This document shows positions 59,093 through 64,000 of a stretch of 64,000 nt of DNA, one piece after another (the stretch's first letter is position 1; each line of letters begins with the position of its first letter). Both the position numbers and the translations under genes were made by a program. Below the pieces are notes generated by a model, which saw only the letters and a list, made by a program, of their open reading frames with translations, did no database searches and was not told the origin of the DNA. Source of the stretch: a virus (lineage: Duplodnaviria > Caudoviricetes); the IMG/VR virus record IMGVR_UViG_3300023283_000076, positions 192,001 to 256,000 of that record, one strand, 5' to 3'.

Positions 59093-60799
59093 ATGGCGCT
59101 TAAAAGATTTGAAAATATGGAAGACTTTCTAGCTAAGTATAAAGCGGCTAACAAGTCAAAGCTTAGAATTGAAGAATTGGCTTACATAATGAATGTAAAG
59201 CCGGATACTATAGCTAGAAGGAAAATATCAGTCAAACACCACATGGGAATTGAACTCCCACAATTAAAACGGTATGGGGGTGATTTGAAAAAAGTAAATT
59301 CTGTTATTCCTTCAGAAGAAAGCAATGAAAAATTTTGCGCCGCACTGGAAAAGCTTAGAGAAGCTAGTGAAACTTTTGTAGTTGAAGAGAAAAAAGAAAG
59401 GCGTAAGATTTATGTAATAACATCTGCACAAAATGCTACTCCTATATTTACAAACTTCTTACAATCCATAAAAGTTTATCTCAAGGAACGGGGTGCTGAA
59501 CTTATGATCATCCCCAATAGATATCGAAACCCAACATCAATCTGGTCTGATATGAATAAAGATAATGAATGGTGGGATCATCGGATACAAAAATATCTAG
59601 TCGATAAACGAGTTAGACTCAATAATAATATTGATGTAATGGGAAATATAAAAATACAGCCTACTGCAGTTAATCCATTAGGCGGTTTTGAAACTTACAC
59701 AGGAGAGTCTTCTGCTATATTTGGTCATCCGTCAATTCAATTAAAGAGTGTCCCGACCCCTGCTAAATCTATGGCTAAAATACTTTCCACCACAGGTTCA
59801 ATAACACAACCTAATTATACAGATAGTAAAGCAGGTCATAAAGGCGAGTTTAACCACTGTTATGCTGCGGCTATTGTAGAAATAGATAATGGGGCCTTTT
59901 ATACTAGACATATTCATGCAAACAAAAATGGAGAATTTTATGATTTGGACCGATATTATACTGCTAATGGCTCTACTAAAGTAGAGTCCATTCCTGCCCT
60001 TATAACAGGAGACATACATGCAGCATTTCATGATGAGGAAGTAGAAAAAGCAACATATACTAATAATGATTCTATAGTTAACACATTGAAACCGGAAAAT
60101 TGGGTTATTCATGATTTAGAAGATTTTTATTCTAGAAATCACCATCATAAAGATAATGATATATTAGCGTTTGGGAAACATCACTTTAACAAACGAGACA
60201 ATGTTGAAGAGAGTTTGCAAATTTCAGCAGATTTTGTTGATAGACATTCCAGACCTTTTATGAAAAATATAATTGTTAGGTCCAACCATGACGAAGCATT
60301 CGACCGATGGTTAAAAGAAGCTGATCCTAAAAAAGACCCTGAGAACGCTCTTTTTTATCATTATATGAAATATCATCAATATAAAAATGTGGTAGAAACG
60401 TCTACCAGTTATAAAACCATAGATGCGTTTGAATTTTGGTGTAAACATCCAGATTCATGTAGGGGACTAGAAAATATAGAAAACACTACATTTCTTAGTA
60501 GAGATGAAAGAGATCCTAAAAGAGTTATAAAAGGAATAGAAATAGGTTACCATGGCGATGAGGGGCCTAATGGAACACGGGGAACTTTAAATAATTTATC
60601 TAAAATAGGACCTAAAATCGTTATTGGTCATAGTCATTCCCCCGGAATACTGAATGGAACATATCAGGTAGGTGTTAGTGCTAGAACCGATCTAGAGTAT
60701 GCTTCTGGTCCCTCAAGTTGGCTCCATACTCATTGTCTAATATATCCTGATGGGCATAGAACACTAATACATATAGTAAAGGAGAAATGGAGATTATAA
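59093..60799 (+). CDS. Metallophosphoesterase-fold nuclease resembling phage T5 A1, with an N-terminal HTH
   Basis: YVITSAQNATP, TTGSIT.PNYTDSKAG, LITGDIH, IHD, SNHD, YHGD.GPNG.RG, GHSHSP, GPSSW.HTH. Confidence 0.7.
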   Translation: MALKRFENMEDFLAKYKAANKSKLRIEELAYIMNVKPDTIARRKISVKHHMGIELPQLKRYGGDLKKVNSVIPSEESNEKFCAALEKLREASETFVVEEKKERRKIYVITSAQNATPIFTNFLQSIKVYLKERGAELMIIPNRYRNPTSIWSDMNKDNEWWDHRIQKYLVDKRVRLNNNIDVMGNIKIQPTAVNPLGGFETYTGESSAIFGHPSIQLKSVPTPAKSMAKILSTTGSITQPNYTDSKAGHKGEFNHCYAAAIVEIDNGAFYTRHIHANKNGEFYDLDRYYTANGSTKVESIPALITGDIHAAFHDEEVEKATYTNNDSIVNTLKPENWVIHDLEDFYSRNHHHKDNDILAFGKHHFNKRDNVEESLQISADFVDRHSRPFMKNIIVRSNHDEAFDRWLKEADPKKDPENALFYHYMKYHQYKNVVETSTSYKTIDAFEFWCKHPDSCRGLENIENTTFLSRDERDPKRVIKGIEIGYHGDEGPNGTRGTLNNLSKIGPKIVIGHSHSPGILNGTYQVGVSARTDLEYASGPSSWLHTHCLIYPDGHRTLIHIVKEKWRL

Positions 60800-60800
60800 A

Positions 60801-61739
60801 ATGAATAAACGTAAACTAGGGAAAGATTTATATCATGTAAAAGTAGATTTCTCTGATAGATGGGAAAAAATACCAATTACTAAAAAGGAAAAATATTTAG
60901 ATCGTTTACGACTAAGTTTAAAACACAATTTTCCAGAGTACTCGTGGATAGTGACGGATGAGAGGATAAATATAGAAAGTATTTCTCCAATCGACGCACC
61001 AGAACTTTATGAAGTGGATGAATTATACAACCATCAGAAGCTTATGTTAGATAACATGAAATCTGATGGTAATACTATTATTGAAACGTCCAGACAATCA
61101 GGGTCAACTCATGTATTATTAGAGTATATTAAACATATATTAGAAAATAACGAAGGGTATTTAATTCGTTATACGGGGTCACCGAGACGGGCTGATGTAT
61201 TACATATGTTACACGAAAAGCTTAATCCAACATTAGTAAGCCAAACTAATAGCACGTTAACTTTTTTCACAACCGGAACCTATAAGCCTAATAAAGTACA
61301 TGTGTTATCTCCTGATACACATCATATGGATCATAGTGATATTAGGGGATGTTCCTATAATGGTGTAATAGATGTTTATGATAATAATAGAATCATTGAC
61401 TCGCAATTTTGGGAAAGATTAAAAAAATCGAATGATGTATTATGTCATTTTGCTTGTAATGGCAACTTTAAATTTATATTAACACGCACTGGACAACCAG
61501 ATCCTACATATAGAAAAATATTATTGACCGGAAGACTTAATGATTTATATTTTGCAAATAGATTAAAATTAGATTATACCGAGATTGCTTTACTGAACAA
61601 AGATCAGGAAAATCCACCAGATGCTCTACCGAATATGTTTAGAAATCAAAAATATTCAGAACTAAAATATCAAATCGGGGAAAAATGCTTTAACCGGGAA
61701 CATAGATTGCACTTAGATTTAGATGGGGGACACTACTAA
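60801..61739 (+). CDS. Degenerate terminase-ATPase-like protein (paralog of the gp17 N-domain)
   Basis: LYNHQ, ETSRQSGST, RG.S...IDVYDN, QFW, ILTRTG and IGEKCF.RE align in order with gp17 LYDYQ, SARQTGKT, GRG...LYCDE, KFW, IISSTP and IGKRKW.QE. Confidence 0.6.
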   Translation: MNKRKLGKDLYHVKVDFSDRWEKIPITKKEKYLDRLRLSLKHNFPEYSWIVTDERINIESISPIDAPELYEVDELYNHQKLMLDNMKSDGNTIIETSRQSGSTHVLLEYIKHILENNEGYLIRYTGSPRRADVLHMLHEKLNPTLVSQTNSTLTFFTTGTYKPNKVHVLSPDTHHMDHSDIRGCSYNGVIDVYDNNRIIDSQFWERLKKSNDVLCHFACNGNFKFILTRTGQPDPTYRKILLTGRLNDLYFANRLKLDYTEIALLNKDQENPPDALPNMFRNQKYSELKYQIGEKCFNREHRLHLDLDGGHY

Positions 61740-61768
61740 GTCTCCATATATCGACTAGATAAATGTTT

Positions 61769-61776
61769 AATAAATA
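61769..61776 (+). promoter_or_regulatory. Late promoter variant AATAAATA
   Basis: 26 nt upstream of gp17. Confidence 0.55.
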
Positions 61777-61801
61777 TCTGTGACCCTTCATAGATATTTG
61801 C

Positions 61802-63391
61802 ATGAGTAGACGTAGAGACCCTAGACTAAAAAAAGCACATGAAGAAGTAGAATTTGATCAGAGCATGGTCAGAGAACTCATGCGCTGTTCTACTGATCCA
61901 AAGTATTTCATAAAAAATTATATCAAGGTTAAGCACCCTAAAAGGGGTAAAATTCCTTTTTCATTGTATGACTATCAAGAAGATATGGTAGATCTTTATA
62001 ATAGTGATGATGATGTAATTATAATGAGTGCTAGACAGACAGGTAAAACCGAATCAATTTGTGCCTATCTTCTTTGGTATGCAATATTTAATGAAGATGT
62101 AACAATTTTGGTAGTCTCTAACAACTCTACTAATGCAATGGAAATAATTTCAAAAGTTCAATATGCATATAAAGAATTGGATAATTGGATTAAACCCGGA
62201 ATTGACGATGATTCATGGAACAAGCACGAATGTAAATTTGATAATGGTTCACGGATAGTTTCTACTACTACCACTGAAGATTCTGGTCGAGGTATGGCGA
62301 TATCGTTATTGTATTGTGATGAATTGAGTTTCGTTAAATCCAGCATACAAGAAAAATTTTGGACTTCTATATCTCCCACTCTTGCCACTGGAGGAAAATG
62401 CATAATATCCTCTACCCCAAACGGAAATTCTAATTTATTTGCTGAATTGTGGAGAGGGGCAACCAATGGCATAAATTCTTTTAAATATAAACATGTTCCA
62501 TGGGATGCCCCACCGGGCAGGGATGAAGAATTTAAACATCAGCAAATAGGAAAGATCGGTAAAAGAAAATGGTATCAAGAGTATGAATGTCGCTTTTTAT
62601 CAGAAGATCATACTCTTATTGATACCATGATTATCAACAACATTGAAAATGAAATGGATGTGAAATATAAGGATAATGATGGAGAGCCGCCAGTAGCATT
62701 TGAAATAGGAGACTTACAATTCTTTAAGAAAGTAAATAAATCCATGGCTTATTTAGTATCAGTTGACGTGGCTTCTGGAGTAGGAAATGATTATTCCGTT
62801 ATAGAGGTGACTGAATTTCCTAGTATGGAACAAGTTTTAGAATTCAGGTCTAATGATACGAACGAGAAATTTTTATATTCTAGACTTAAAAATATTTTAC
62901 TCTTCTTACAACAAAATAGTAAAGAGGTTTATTTTTCCGTCGAAAATAACGGGCTAGGGGCTAGTATACTAGCCCTGTATGAATACGACGAGAAACCACC
63001 ACAATCTGCATATTTGATCTCTGACAGTAATAGTAAACGTTTAGGACTCTCAATGTCAGAGTCTACTAAACGAACAGCTAGCATGAAGTTAAAAAACATG
63101 ATTGAAACTAGATCATATAAGTTTTATTCTAAACAAATAATTAAAGAATTAAAAAGTTATACCCGTCAAGGAGCTAATTTTAAAGCAGAGACGGGCTCTA
63201 CGGACGATACGATATCAGCATTATTGATTTTAATGAGAATGCTAGAAGAAATGGCCGATTATAATGCATATGCGTTTGATAAATTATATAATATAAAAGG
63301 ACAAGATGTACAACAAGAGAACTTTGACGATGAGTTTGTTGACAATCCCGAAACATTAGATGATATGCCGATGCCTATTAGTATAGGTTAA
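61802..63391 (+). CDS. gp17: Terminase large subunit, gp17-like
   Basis: LYDYQ, SARQTGKT, LYCDE, ISSTPNG, QEYEC.F, VDVASGVGNDYS, DDTI. Confidence 0.96.
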   Translation: MSRRRDPRLKKAHEEVEFDQSMVRELMRCSTDPKYFIKNYIKVKHPKRGKIPFSLYDYQEDMVDLYNSDDDVIIMSARQTGKTESICAYLLWYAIFNEDVTILVVSNNSTNAMEIISKVQYAYKELDNWIKPGIDDDSWNKHECKFDNGSRIVSTTTTEDSGRGMAISLLYCDELSFVKSSIQEKFWTSISPTLATGGKCIISSTPNGNSNLFAELWRGATNGINSFKYKHVPWDAPPGRDEEFKHQQIGKIGKRKWYQEYECRFLSEDHTLIDTMIINNIENEMDVKYKDNDGEPPVAFEIGDLQFFKKVNKSMAYLVSVDVASGVGNDYSVIEVTEFPSMEQVLEFRSNDTNEKFLYSRLKNILLFLQQNSKEVYFSVENNGLGASILALYEYDEKPPQSAYLISDSNSKRLGLSMSESTKRTASMKLKNMIETRSYKFYSKQIIKELKSYTRQGANFKAETGSTDDTISALLILMRMLEEMADYNAYAFDKLYNIKGQDVQQENFDDEFVDNPETLDDMPMPISIG

Positions 63392-63396
63392 AAAAA

Positions 63397-63404
63397 TATA
63401 AATA
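63397..63404 (+). promoter_or_regulatory. Late promoter TATAAATA
   Basis: Exact consensus upstream of the SWIM gene. Confidence 0.7.
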
Positions 63405-63435
63405 GATTATACAATACACAAATTAAAATATATAA

Positions 63436-63987
63436 ATGAAACTAGAGTCTTTATTTTTAATTGAGCGAACCATGGCGTCGTTAATATCCATTACGAAAAA
63501 CTCTTTTGGAAGCAGTAGAGAAAATGACGCAAATAAGGTTCAAGTGAAAGATGTAGAATATATACCCTTTGTAGAAGAGGGGATAATACAAGTAAAAGCA
63601 AAAACGTTTAGTGGTCCAGATTCAAATGAATATCAAAGCATAATACTAATTGAGGATATAGAATATATTAATGAAGAAGAATTTAATGAAATGTCTGGTA
63701 ACGCAGGATTTGAAATTACGTCGCCAGATGGTACCCCATTCTATATTAAAGACGCCCAAACCAATAATGACGTAAAAGTGCGGTGTAGTTGTGAGGATTT
63801 TCGATGGAGGTTTGCTACATATAATCATAAGGACAATAGTTTATATGGTAACTCACCAGAAGCATATGCAAAAAAAACAGATAGACCTTCGGTAAATCCT
63901 ACTAATAGTCCCGGAGTTTGTAAGCATTTAATAAAACTTAAAAAAGAATTAGAAAGAGAAGATTTTTTTAGAACGTTATTGCATTGA
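63436..63987 (+). CDS. SWIM zinc-finger protein
   Basis: VRCSCEDF.W......GVCKHL (CxC-x(n)-CxH). Confidence 0.75.
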   Translation: MKLESLFLIERTMASLISITKNSFGSSRENDANKVQVKDVEYIPFVEEGIIQVKAKTFSGPDSNEYQSIILIEDIEYINEEEFNEMSGNAGFEITSPDGTPFYIKDAQTNNDVKVRCSCEDFRWRFATYNHKDNSLYGNSPEAYAKKTDRPSVNPTNSPGVCKHLIKLKKELEREDFFRTLLH

Positions 63988-64000
63988 TATGTTCAAGACA

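Noticed and set aside
4728-63828. Numerous 60-190-aa ORFs antisense to or nested in the large genes
   Set aside because: They overlap well-supported genes on the opposite strand or frame and lack recognisable motifs or SD sites.
1-64000. Stop-codon reassignment, introns or inteins
   Set aside because: Conserved genes (gp17, gp20, gp23, gp41, gp46) are full length and uninterrupted in the standard code, and coding density is high.
1-64000. Acidic proteome suggesting a halophilic or marine host
   Set aside because: Impression only. Scaffold and head proteins are acidic in most phages, and I cannot compute proteome-wide pI.

Overview
This is a 64-kb, AT-rich segment of a large T4-superfamily (jumbo-type) myovirus genome read in the standard genetic code. 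No tRNA, rRNA, CRISPR array or IS element was seen. The left block (1-23114, minus strand) is a baseplate/tail module: gp48/54-like, gp53-like, hub, gp5-like spike, gp25, gp6 and a 3396-aa wedge-like protein. It ends in a gene missed by the ORF track (3748 to <2, at least 1249 aa) encoding a trypsin-like serine protease fused to IPT/TIG, LamG-like and Pro/Thr-linker modules. The right block is mostly plus strand. It holds gp26/gp51-like chaperones joined by a likely -1 frameshift, a RuvC-like nuclease, a promoter-driven ~600-nt ORF-less structured region, a DinG-like helicase and an inverted gp55-gp47-gp46 operon. It continues with a tape-measure-like gene and the head module (gp20, gp21, gp22, gp23), which is interrupted or flanked by two endonuclease-GNAT fusion genes, each with a start-sequestering hairpin. 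Further right are a small kinase-fold protein, decorated neck proteins gp13/gp14, gp41 helicase, gp16, a T5-A1-like nuclease, a degenerate terminase-ATPase paralog, gp17 and a SWIM protein. Sigma70-type promoters precede replication and nuclease genes; (T)ATAAATA late promoters precede virion genes. All family assignments come from motif recognition by eye; no database search was run.
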